From sequence record DRR723986_6333: a stretch of 32,951 bases of DNA; one strand, 5' to 3'. Made by a program: the position numbers and the translations under genes. The notes beneath the pieces were generated by a model that was not told the DNA's origin, ran no database searches, and worked only from the letters and a program-made list of their open reading frames with translations. Positions 8,601 to 16,740 of the stretch are shown piece after piece (positions within the stretch are counted from its first letter, which is position 1; each line of letters starts with the position of its first letter).

Positions 8601-9966
8601 CGGCGCCAAGCCCCATGCGCGGTACGTCGAAGCCAAGATAGCTGAGCAGGGTCGGGCCGATATCGAGTGTCGTGCCGCGCCGGTCAATCGTCCGGCCGGG
8701 TTGGTCCGTCTGCCGGTCCAGGATCATGAACAGGTTGCGCCGGGGACCGGCTGTCAGCAGGTCGGTGACGCTGTTCACCATCGCCAGATGATCGGACATG
8801 ACCGCAATGACGGTGTTGTCGCCATTGGGCCCCGACAGGATGTCCTCGATGAATTGCCCCGCGAGATGGTCCGCGCATTGCACCGAGTTAAGCATCGGGT
8901 TGTCACCGTCGCCAAAGCGCATCCCTGCGCAGGCCCGGTTGGTATCCGCATGACCATTGGGATGGTGGGTGTCGAGCGTCAGCAGGGTCAGAACGAAGGG
9001 CGATCCGGCCTCTGACAGCGTGTCAAACCGTTCCCGCGCCAGGTCGAACAGGGTATCGTCCTGCAAGCCCCATTCAGCGATGTAATCGGGGTCGTCCAAT
9101 GTGGGCAGCAGCTGGTCCAGCCCGGTGACCTGGTCATAGGCATGACTTTCATAAAACGCCCCTTTCCCTGCGAATTCCACCGAGGCCCCGCCAAGATAGG
9201 ACAACGTGTAGTCGGCCTCGCTCAGAATATCGCCCAGACAGGTCGCCCCTGACAGAAACCGGCTGACGCGCATCGAATTGGCCCCGCCTGACAGGATCAG
9301 CGGCACCCCGCATTGCGACGCCACCATGCCCCCGACGGTGAACCCCGCGCCGGTGGTTTGCCCGATATCGGTGAAGGACATCGCCTGTCCCTCCAGCGCG
9401 GACAGACGGGGCGTCAGACCGGCAAAGCGGCTGTCATCCAGATAGGTGCGTTCAAGGCTTTCAAGATAGAGGATCACAAGGTTGCGGGGCTGTTCGGGAC
9501 CGTCTGGATCCAGTTCGGGATCGACAAAGCCCTGGCTTTGCTGATCCACCATGGCAAAGCGCAGCGCGTAGGAGGCGGTTGCCGTTGAAACCGGGTGCAG
9601 GGCCAGCGCGCCGATGACCAGCGACAGGATGGCGATATCCCAGGCGCGATTGCGGGTCAGCGCGCCGGGCCGCAGCCAGCGCCGCCCCCACCACAATCCA
9701 GCACCGACACCTGCGACCGCCAACACTGCGGCGATCATCGAGCCTGCATATTGGCTGATGTCACCGCCCTCAAGGCCGGTGCGCATGTGGTAGAACACCG
9801 CCCCGTTGACGCCTTCGCCGGTGATCTGGGTCAGTCCGATCTGTATGCCGGTCAGAACAACCAAGCTCAGACATCCGATCTGGACGGCCCATGTCAGCCA
9901 CCGTGCATGGCCAAAACGGCGAAGCAGCGCAATTGCGGCAAGCAGGACAAAACTGGAAACGAGCAT
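5635..9966 (-). CDS. OpgB/MdoB-like phosphoglycerol transferase (LTA-synthase/sulfatase fold) fused to extra domains and a C-terminal glycerophosphodiester phosphodiesterase (GDPD) domain
   Basis: N-terminal TM helices; OpgB-like motifs YLESLERTY, FTVGGMVASQCGVPL, WGLQDD, TLDTHHPNG, SDHLAM. C-terminal AHGGG..SNS.EA..FEIDFSWTADGELVCLHDW..VTDVK..YVHTIND..GIYSD. Confidence 0.85.
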   Translation of the reverse strand: MLVSSFVLLAAIALLRRFGHARWLTWAVQIGCLSLVVLTGIQIGLTQITGEGVNGAVFYHMRTGLEGGDISQYAGSMIAAVLAVAGVGAGLWWGRRWLRPGALTRNRAWDIAILSLVIGALALHPVSTATASYALRFAMVDQQSQGFVDPELDPDGPEQPRNLVILYLESLERTYLDDSRFAGLTPRLSALEGQAMSFTDIGQTTGAGFTVGGMVASQCGVPLILSGGANSMRVSRFLSGATCLGDILSEADYTLSYLGGASVEFAGKGAFYESHAYDQVTGLDQLLPTLDDPDYIAEWGLQDDTLFDLARERFDTLSEAGSPFVLTLLTLDTHHPNGHADTNRACAGMRFGDGDNPMLNSVQCADHLAGQFIEDILSGPNGDNTVIAVMSDHLAMVNSVTDLLTAGPRRNLFMILDRQTDQPGRTIDRRGTTLDIGPTLLSYLGFDVPRMGLGADLLGASPTLPETLDVAADDQRALNNHVMGFQSVYARLWAYPDLSDGLYANTEAGQVQFGHSRFRLPALFAFDEGEAISQATLGDLRAQETLSQTALNLPAGTRYFWFDDCHALGLMAPEAGMADQDGLCLLTGDRTTGAALHPLTQSRFFSRQQLVEMLTNATAVSAEQEADGLIRIGQARGDLPLPITISSLATGERGILLQSSAFGAGASFVRRQTTESLEAGEDWVLQRGLSLIGIGPDGRAEILDRLDQCATGFDPASHSLWADQIDASRDRFIAHILAVHDTAFCGPEIAPITPVLQGLSLPELRASEMREPYLAVIGPDHRIAEFANRHFPRLRVFLDPLAEPVVAEEPAAAPGQATIAAAPAALARAEPSRQVEHEDDVVEHRVVAIAAPAAETRQCIVPTPPASPAPVAPLQIGQRISGGALAGPIGFPTGWWGQEPGGFWMGSRDARLTLVLPETANDLQLTLELAVPGSRNIQLAFDGRILTQTTLSGRDAISARLTGVPRGQPVTFDLIAGGDALTCPSAQGSGTDPRQMAAMLIGAMLGDVIADEPAPFQALATPVPAVPAEAVAVEEGCQPPSAAQPPLPAETALPVDRIVPLAEAMATRGVSFAGGWWPQEEFGRWMGAEVATFEVVLPDQPASLSLAVATAAFESDTVDVAVSYQGTTIGRQQTGINAPLVIDVSTLPRGRAIPLVLSLQGATLACPAAREISDDSRTLGLMVQSLRLRATQPALFGRSVAHGGGRLGGIAISNSFEAMAANLARFDVFEIDFSWTADGELVCLHDWQDSFTSRFGAATDSPLDLGQFRQLLAASPDQPRNCDLDGLAGWMRANPNILIVTDVKSDPAAAHEIIATRHPDILAQFVPQAYQPEEIALYRELGFKQVIWTLYRFGSDPDRVIEAALAYRPDALTMPLAVAEDGLLGAVTRATGMPVYVHTINDRATAACLLRQGATGIYSDDLGTEDLDQLMDLSTPCQQDPSQ

Positions 9967-10220
9967 TGGTGGCTCCGACGATGCAAAAGACCCGATGCCG
10001 GATCTGTTTCCGGCGCAATTGGGGTGTGCTGAATTGTGGCGGCTGCCGCGAGACAGCCCGAACGGCCCTGAAGCCGGACGTTATGGACGCGCGCCAGGCG
10101 AGTGGACTGCCGATCCACTCCCATTGGCATGCGCGGGGTCATTGTTGGCGGGCATCGGATCGGCGTGACCGGAAAGCGGCAGCCGACGCGAACCCGTTTG
10201 ACACCTTTGGCGGTGTTGTC

Positions 10221-11630
10221 TCAGGCCCTTGCGTAGATATCCTCGTATCGCACGATATCGTCCTCTCCAAGGTAACAGCCGGTCTGTACTTCGATCAGAC
10301 GAAGCGGCAGCTTTCCGGGGTTTTCGAGTCGATGAATTTCACCAAGCGGAATGTAGACGGACTCGTTTTCACTCAGCAGCTTCACCGTGCTGCCGACCGT
10401 GACCGAGGCCGACCCTTCGACGACCACCCAATGTTCGGACCGGTGGAAATGGCTTTGCAGCGACAGTCGTCCGCCGGGCTTTACGACGATGGATTTGACC
10501 TGGAACCGAGGGGCGAGGGACAGCGTTTCATAGTGGCCCCAGGGCCGTTCCTCGCGGCGATTGCCCTCTGCCTGCGGCCAGCCGCGCGCCTTTGCGACCG
10601 AGACGGCCAGTTTGACCCCGTCCGCGGTGGCCATGTCCGCCACCAGAACTGCGTCGCGGGTCGCGATTGCAGCAATATTCCTCAGCCCCACGCCGATAAC
10701 CGCGATTTCGGGGTCGGTTGAAGACAACAGGCTGTCGCGGCAATCAATCGCCTGTGCCTTTCCCTGACAGACAACACCCTTGTCGTCCTGATCAGAGATC
10801 TCCCACAAGGCCCGCCAACTGCCGAGATCGGACCAACCGGCGTTCAACTGCACGACGCACCCGGTCTCGAATTCCATCACCGCGTGATCAATGGACAGGG
10901 ACGGTGCCTTGGCGAAGTCCTTTCCAAGGCGCAGAAAGTCCATATCGGGGACCAGGTCCGCAACAGCGGCTTTTGCCGCAGCCAGCACGTCGGGCGCATG
11001 TTTTGCCATTGCGTCATACATGCGCTGCGCAGTGAACAGGAACAGGCCCGCATTCCAAAGATGCTCGCCCCCTGCAACCAGTTGCTCGGCCTGATCCAGG
11101 CATGGTTTTTCGATGAACTGACGGAATCGGCGGGCCGACCCTGGCGTTGTGCAGGGGTCCGCATGAATATAGCCGTAGCCGGTTTCGGCATGATCCGGGA
11201 CGACCCCGAACACGACGATTTCACCTTGGCGGGCGGCGACCACAGCCTCGCCCAGGGCGGCTGCGAATTGCATCTGGTCCTCGATGTGATGATCGGCCGG
11301 GGCGATCAGCAACAGCCGATCCGGGTTTTCGGCCATTGCGTGGACGACAGCCACCGCCACCGAGGCCGCGGTATTTCTGCTTTCGGGTTCCAGCATGATC
11401 GCGCAGCCCTTGGCCGCAATGTCCTGCAACTGTTCCGCAACTGTGAACCGGTAGGTTGACTGCGTGACGATCAGAGGGGCGGCGCAGCCTGCATCCTCCA
11501 GCCGCTGAACGGTCGTTTGCAACGGAGAGAGAGCGCCATTGAGACGGCAGAACTGCTTGGGGCGAGAGGTGCGCGACAAGGGCCAGAGCCGAGTGCCGGT
11601 GCCGCCGGCCAGGATGACGGGAATAATCAT
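10221..11630 (-). CDS. manC: Mannose-1-phosphate guanylyltransferase / mannose-6-phosphate isomerase (type II)
   Basis: PVILAGGTGTRLWPLSR..PKQF, EPESRNTA, ETGYGYI, FIEKP, WNAGLF, GWSDLGSW; cupin RPWG..LSLQSHFHRSEHWVVVEG. Start is ATG 11630 or GTG 11642. Confidence 0.95.
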   Translation of the reverse strand: MIIPVILAGGTGTRLWPLSRTSRPKQFCRLNGALSPLQTTVQRLEDAGCAAPLIVTQSTYRFTVAEQLQDIAAKGCAIMLEPESRNTAASVAVAVVHAMAENPDRLLLIAPADHHIEDQMQFAAALGEAVVAARQGEIVVFGVVPDHAETGYGYIHADPCTTPGSARRFRQFIEKPCLDQAEQLVAGGEHLWNAGLFLFTAQRMYDAMAKHAPDVLAAAKAAVADLVPDMDFLRLGKDFAKAPSLSIDHAVMEFETGCVVQLNAGWSDLGSWRALWEISDQDDKGVVCQGKAQAIDCRDSLLSSTDPEIAVIGVGLRNIAAIATRDAVLVADMATADGVKLAVSVAKARGWPQAEGNRREERPWGHYETLSLAPRFQVKSIVVKPGGRLSLQSHFHRSEHWVVVEGSASVTVGSTVKLLSENESVYIPLGEIHRLENPGKLPLRLIEVQTGCYLGEDDIVRYEDIYARA

Positions 11631-11682
11631 GTCAGAGGTCACGTCGAAATCACTTTCAGGTTGAGGAAGGGGTGAAGGGTTG

Positions 11683-12987
11683 TCAGGACGCGCGCCGCAT
11701 TGCGCGCGCCACAAGGGCAATCGAGACAAGTAGAAGCGCGCCCTGCACGGTGGCTTTTGTGGCCATCATCGCGCCGATCCCGCCTTGACTGCCGCCAATC
11801 CAGAGCGCGGCAATCGACAGGGGAAGCGCGCAGATCGCCACGAAGATGCCACTTCGGTCGCCGAGGGCTGCAAGAAAGGTCGCGGCGAGATATGTGCCGG
11901 TGAAAGAGATACCGGCCAGCACGGCGTACAGCAGATACGGGGCCGCAGGGACGTAGGCGGGCCCGGCCACCAGTTCGACCACGACAGAAGGGGCCAGAAG
12001 CGCAATCGCCGTCAGGATCACACCAGAGCCGGCGATCAGTGCGATCACCGGAAGGGCAGGCCGCAAGGTGGGACGCCCTTCACGCGCGGCTGCGGTGACC
12101 ATCGGCAGCAGGATCCCCGACAGGCCGAAGAACGCATAGAACTGGATACGCTGGATCAGGGTGAGCCCGGCGACCAGCCCAGCCTCATGCTCGGGCAACA
12201 GGGCTGCGGCCAAAAGAACGTCTCCGTCGAGATGGCCGACCATGGCCAGTTGCAGGATTGCGAACGGCCAGGCCAGAGCGACGATGCCGCGCATCAGGCC
12301 GGCCATGTCTGCAGGCTCTTTGAGGTCGGAGCCGCGTGATGACGCGGCCCCGCGCACCGGCAGCCAGCCAGCATAGACCGACAAGGCAATGGCAGCCACG
12401 ATGCCGGCCACACCAAGGTCAAGGGACCATGCCATAAGCGCGCCGCCCAATCGGACGATCATTTCCAGATTGGTGGACAGCACGATGTCTCGCATCGACA
12501 TTTGGCCGAGCGCGGCGCCCCGGGCAATGCACAGCGGGGCAGCAACGGGCAGGATCAGCAGCAGGATGGGAAGCAGGATGTCCGACCCCAGGCCGAGGGT
12601 CTCGGACACGCCGCCAGAGATCGCAATCAGGCCCAGTGGCACGACCAGAACCCCGGAATACAGCGCGCTGAGCTTGTTCAGGCGGGACAGCGCCGCGCGG
12701 GTCCGGTTCTTGTCTGCCCCGTCGGCGACCATCTGGGAAACAGCCAGTTGCGCGGCGCTGATCACGGATAGCATGGCCAGCTTGAGCGTCAGGATGACCA
12801 TGAGATCGTGGAAAGCCGCCGGGCTTAGCAAACGGCTGAAAATCATGTTGAACGCAAGATTGCCCGCATTGGCGAGGTTTGTTGCAATGAAGGTGACCAG
12901 CGCCGGGCTTGCCAGCGCCAGAAAGGCGGTCTGCACGCCAAGGCGGACCCGGCCCGCCGGGGCTTCGTATACGGAGGCTAAGGACAT
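11683..12987 (-). CDS. Polysaccharide/oligosaccharide flippase (Wzx/MOP superfamily)
   Basis: 434 aa with roughly 12 hydrophobic segments; NAGNLAFNMIFSRLL, RGAALG, LDGDVLLA; located in a glycosyltransferase cluster. Confidence 0.75.
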   Translation of the reverse strand: MSLASVYEAPAGRVRLGVQTAFLALASPALVTFIATNLANAGNLAFNMIFSRLLSPAAFHDLMVILTLKLAMLSVISAAQLAVSQMVADGADKNRTRAALSRLNKLSALYSGVLVVPLGLIAISGGVSETLGLGSDILLPILLLILPVAAPLCIARGAALGQMSMRDIVLSTNLEMIVRLGGALMAWSLDLGVAGIVAAIALSVYAGWLPVRGAASSRGSDLKEPADMAGLMRGIVALAWPFAILQLAMVGHLDGDVLLAAALLPEHEAGLVAGLTLIQRIQFYAFFGLSGILLPMVTAAAREGRPTLRPALPVIALIAGSGVILTAIALLAPSVVVELVAGPAYVPAAPYLLYAVLAGISFTGTYLAATFLAALGDRSGIFVAICALPLSIAALWIGGSQGGIGAMMATKATVQGALLLVSIALVARAMRRAS

Positions 12988-12990
12988 CTG

Positions 12991-13776
12991 TCAGATTGCC
13001 TTGCGGATCGCGCCTTGAGCGCCCTGGGCGTCAAGATGGGCGCGTGCGTCCAGGCGAAGCTCTGCTATCAGGCGCAACATGCGGATGCCGCTTGAAAAGA
13101 TGGCACTTGCCGACACTTTCGACCCGGGCACTTCGCTCCATTCCGCAAGGGGCTGTTCGTAGAAGCGCAGGTTGGCCTTCTTTGCCTTTTCGCAGCTGGC
13201 AATGCGCGCAAAAAGTTCGACATCGAACAGCCAGCCTGCGGTGAACGGCGTAGAGATTGCCTGCGTCAGGGCCGGGGTGGCGCGGAACATCTTTGCTCCG
13301 CATTGGGTGTCCGCAATTGGCAGGCCGATGGCCAGCCGGGCCAGACCCGCGCAGATCCGTGAAACGATGCGGCGCGGTATGGTCCGCTCGACCCGGTGTC
13401 CCAGCATCTTGCGCCTGGATCCGAAGATCACCTCGATATCCGGCTGGCGCAGCGCAATGCGCATGAAATCCTCCACAAGATAGAGGGGGGTTGCCAGATC
13501 GGCGTCCCAATAGGCGACCAGATCGGCCCCGTCCTCGAGCGCACGGCCAAGCCCCGCTCGCACGGCCTCGGCCTTGCCGCCGTTCCGGGTCAGGTCCAGC
13601 ACCTCGATGCGGCCGGGCCGCGCCTCGGCCAGGGCTGTCAGTTTTGCAAGCGACCCGTCGGTGCTGCCATCATTCACAAGCAGCAGGCGCGTGCTGACAG
13701 ACGTATCGATGAAGGTCAGGAAATGCTTGCTTTGGAGGCGCTGTGCCTCGTTGTAGCAGGGAACGACAACGGTCAG
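12991..13776 (-). CDS. GT2 glycosyltransferase, polyprenyl/dolichyl-phosphate sugar synthase-like; start codon unresolved
   Basis: VNDGSTD, NGGKAEAVR.G, YWDADL (DxD), FGSR, DTQCGAKMF, WLFDVE. The frame extends upstream of the track start (13677) through LTVVVPCYNEAQRL, but has no ATG/GTG/TTG before the in-frame TAA near 13877. Confidence 0.8.
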   Translation of the reverse strand: MTVVVPCYNEAQRLQSKHFLTFIDTSVSTRLLLVNDGSTDGSLAKLTALAEARPGRIEVLDLTRNGGKAEAVRAGLGRALEDGADLVAYWDADLATPLYLVEDFMRIALRQPDIEVIFGSRRKMLGHRVERTIPRRIVSRICAGLARLAIGLPIADTQCGAKMFRATPALTQAISTPFTAGWLFDVELFARIASCEKAKKANLRFYEQPLAEWSEVPGSKVSASAIFSSGIRMLRLIAELRLDARAHLDAQGAQGAIRKAI

Positions 13777-13789
13777 TTTATGAGTGTTT

Positions 13790-13808
13790 ACCCCGTAGGT
13801 TACGGGGT
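13790..13808. repeat. Perfect 8-bp inverted repeat ACCCCGTA-GGT-TACGGGGT
   Basis: Read directly; it sits just upstream of the GT2 N-terminal motif and overlaps a GGGGT SD-like sequence on the minus strand. Confidence 0.7.
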
Positions 13809-13983
13809 GTACGGGATGGGCGCCAATCCGTTCTGCCGGCGAAAATGCGTTACTCGTTTTAAATCTGAGAAGGTGTTATGGCGCAGTTTCTCAGAGGTAT
13901 TTGAGCAGAGGCACATTTTGGCGCTGCAAAGGATGAGAAGTCAGACCCCGGGGGAGAGCAGGCAGCGCACAAGAGATGCGCTG

Positions 13984-13999
13984 CTATACTTTTGGTTAT
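13984..13999. promoter_or_regulatory. Candidate operator, copy B (CTATACTTTTGGTTAT; reverse complement ATAACCAAAAGTATAG)
   Basis: 14/16 identical to copy A; upstream of GT2-flippase-manC; overlaps the GT4 stop codon. Confidence 0.5.
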
Positions 14000-15194
14000 T
14001 GAAAGTCGGGCAGGGCAGAGCGCACGCCGAAAATCTTGACCATGTGCCAGTGCGCGATATCGCTCATCGGGATCGCTTCGACGGCGATTCGGTTGGCCTT
14101 TGCAATGCGATTGCATTCAGCGCTATCCGAAAGAAGCGATTTCATCCGGTCGGCAAGGTCACGGGCATCGCCGGGTGCGAAATGGCTGCCGGTCAGGCCT
14201 TCGTCTTCGCACAGGTCGATGAAATCACCGATCCTGGGAAAGATCGGAACAGCCCCAAGGCTGGCGGCCTGATGCAGCACCCCGGACGAGCCGGTCGTCG
14301 CCTCGTAGTCGAACACCGCAAGGCGACCGCTTTCGAAAAAGCCCGGAACATCTTCCTCGGCGACATATCCCGCGAATTGCACGGCGGGATCATCCTTGCG
14401 CTTTAGGGCCAGGTTCGCGACGTAACCGGGCGTGTTCGGGTGATCTGTGCCGCCGATGACCAATTCCACCGGGGGCGTTTCCGGGTCTTCACGCAGAATG
14501 TCGAAGGCGGCAAGAAGGGTTTCCAGCCGCTTGTACGTTCCGAATTTCCCCATCGTGACGATCCGCATGGGACGCGCCTCGATCGGCACCCAGGGCCTTG
14601 CGCCAACATTGAACGTGCCGTGCGGGACCAGCGTCACATCCGCGTTTGGCACACGATCCGACAGCAGGTGGAATAGCTGCGCAGGGTCACGGTCATGTAG
14701 TTGGCCCAACTCATCACGCGGGTGATGATGGCACCACCGGCTGACACGACGGCCTGTCGAAGCCGCTGTCCTTTCAACTGGGTGGAGTCCAGATCAATAC
14801 CGGCAATCACGTTATGGGCGACAATGCCGCTTTTCCACCCCATCAGGCGGCTCAGGGCAGGGCTCATCAACCCAAGCGCGGCGGGGATTTCCCGGTCTCC
14901 GAAACTGGCGGATTGCAGGTTGTAGATCACCGCATCGGGGCGTTCCGCCCGCATTGCCCTGAGCAGGGAAATACATGTCGTCGTGCGGTTGAAATCCCAC
15001 ACCCGCCGTACGCGGATTTTGGGGCCGAGATCCTGCTCGGCCATTGGATGGGGCAGGCGGTCGGCCAAAACGATCACCTCGGACACGTCCGGATGGCTCG
15101 CTAGGGCATTGGCAAAATGCAGGCCGTATTCATTGAGGCTGCGCTGTCCCGGCGGGAAGGCAGAGACGAGGGCGATCCGATATCCTTTGGTCAT
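13996..15194 (-). pseudogene. GT4 (GT-B fold) glycosyltransferase split by a 1-base frameshift near 14670-14675
   Basis: 5' ORF 14634-15194 (IALVSAFPP..SLNEYG..TVTLRSY) and 3' ORF 13996-14709 (HLLSDRVP..VPHG..MGKFGTYKRLE..FAGYV..SSGVLHQA) join into one GT4 if one base is added at TAT-TCCAC. Could be a sequencing error. Confidence 0.78.
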
Positions 15195-15204
15195 CGAATT
15201 TCCT

Positions 15205-16740
15205 TTACGGTTGAGATGAGAGAAAAGCGTCGAACTCTAGATCCACCACGTCCGCTGCCGGTTTGCGTGTTCCGTCGAGAGCGAGCAGACCGAAGCGGGA
15301 TTGCAGACGGCGAACCCAGGGAGAAAGCCCGATTGCAGCGGGGTCGGGGTTGTCGAAATCATGCAGGGTCCAGACGAAGATCCCGTCTGCTGTTGCCAGT
15401 GCCTGCAACCGGCGGGACAGGCGGTCGGCCTGCAGATCCGGGGATGCTGGGAAGATGCCTGCCAGAAGCGAGTAAGAAGTCTCGCCGATCTCGGTCACAT
15501 GCACCGGGCGCTCGCCTGCAAGGGCGCGCACCCGGTTCAGCGCATCCGCGCTCGACGCGACCGCGCCGTAATCGTGGTAGCTGATGATATCGAGGGTGTC
15601 GGCCAGAATGCCCGCGGCCTCGGGGGTCGACCAGCCGATTGTGTAGGGAAGGTCCGGGGCAATGGTGCGGGCTACGCCAAGCATGGCACGCGCCCAGGCT
15701 TCCACCTGTCCCGGATCATCGTGTTCCATGTCGAGATCGGGTTCGTTCTTGAGGTCGACATAGGCGACAGCGCTAGACGCGGCCAGAACGGGCAGAACCC
15801 GCGCCAGCCAATCCGCATCGTTGGCCCATCCGACCGCGCCATAGCCGCCGCGCAGGTCGAACAGTGTCGGGATGACGGACAGCCCCTGCGCCTCGGCAAT
15901 GTCCAGAAGCGCGGCAAGATCGGACAGGGCTCGCGGTGCGGTCGCGGGGTCCAGAAACGGCTCCCGGTGCAAAAAGATCCGCACAGCGTTGGCGCCGATA
16001 TCGGTGATCTGCGCAAAGTCACGCGCGATGATCCGGGCATCGAAGCCGGACCAGAACCCGGTCCAGGGCGTGGTGGCAGGGTAATAGTTGATCCCCGCCA
16101 GTCTGGACGGGACCGGCCTGCCGTCAGCGGCGCTGGCGACAGGCTGCGAGCCGCGCCGTTCATGGCTGAGAATCCGCCAGCCAAAGCGTTCGTTGATCAG
16201 GGTGGTCAGGGTCGTGTCACGGCTGAGGTTGAATTGCAGCAGTTCACCGGTCTCGCCAAGCTGAAAGCGGGCAATCAGGGCATCGGTTTCCACCTGCAGC
16301 AGCGAGCCATCGGCCTGAAAGAAAACAGGACGGGCCGACTGGGTCAGAACCACCATCCGCAGTCCCGATGTGGCAACGGATCGGGTGGCTCGGTCCAGCG
16401 CGACCCCGGTGAAATGATCCTCCAGGCCAAGGGGTATCTCGGTCTCCATCGACACGGCATGCCCGGCCCATGCTTCGGACAGGGTGGTGCCGACCAGATC
16501 CTGCTCGGACGGGCCGAAAACCCGATCCAGCGGGGCAGAGGGTGGCAGCCACCGAACCAGGTTTCCGGACCGGGGCGCCTCGGGGAGCGCGTCATCGAAA
16601 TAGCGATATGTCACATCGCGTTCGGTCGCGTCGGCCAGTGCGCCCGCCACTTGTGTCAGCAGCGCGAACGCGCCCGCGCAAAAGAGACAGAGGAGCAGCA
16701 GCACGCGCGCAAGGCGTCCGATCTTCTGTGCAAGAGCCAT
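15205..16740 (-). CDS. Exported or membrane-anchored glycoside hydrolase, clan GH-A (GH5/GH2-like), with an N-terminal accessory domain
   Basis: N-terminal hydrophobic helix; GINYYP, GANAVRIFL, PTLFD, DLKNEPD (acid/base), ISYHDY, VTEIG (nucleophile), VWTLHD, FGLL..DG..KPA. Confidence 0.82.
   Translation of the reverse strand: MALAQKIGRLARVLLLLCLFCAGAFALLTQVAGALADATERDVTYRYFDDALPEAPRSGNLVRWLPPSAPLDRVFGPSEQDLVGTTLSEAWAGHAVSMETEIPLGLEDHFTGVALDRATRSVATSGLRMVVLTQSARPVFFQADGSLLQVETDALIARFQLGETGELLQFNLSRDTTLTTLINERFGWRILSHERRGSQPVASAADGRPVPSRLAGINYYPATTPWTGFWSGFDARIIARDFAQITDIGANAVRIFLHREPFLDPATAPRALSDLAALLDIAEAQGLSVIPTLFDLRGGYGAVGWANDADWLARVLPVLAASSAVAYVDLKNEPDLDMEHDDPGQVEAWARAMLGVARTIAPDLPYTIGWSTPEAAGILADTLDIISYHDYGAVASSADALNRVRALAGERPVHVTEIGETSYSLLAGIFPASPDLQADRLSRRLQALATADGIFVWTLHDFDNPDPAAIGLSPWVRRLQSRFGLLALDGTRKPAADVVDLEFDAFLSSQP

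Noticed and set aside
9967-10220. Possible riboswitch or sRNA between manC and the transferase
   Set aside because: Only short GC-rich hairpins (for example GAGTGGA..TCCACTC) and no recognisable family signature; an Rfam/Infernal search would be needed.
13396-14406. 336-aa + strand ORF spanning the GT2/GT4 gap
   Set aside because: Overlaps two motif-bearing minus-strand genes in antisense; no recognisable family.
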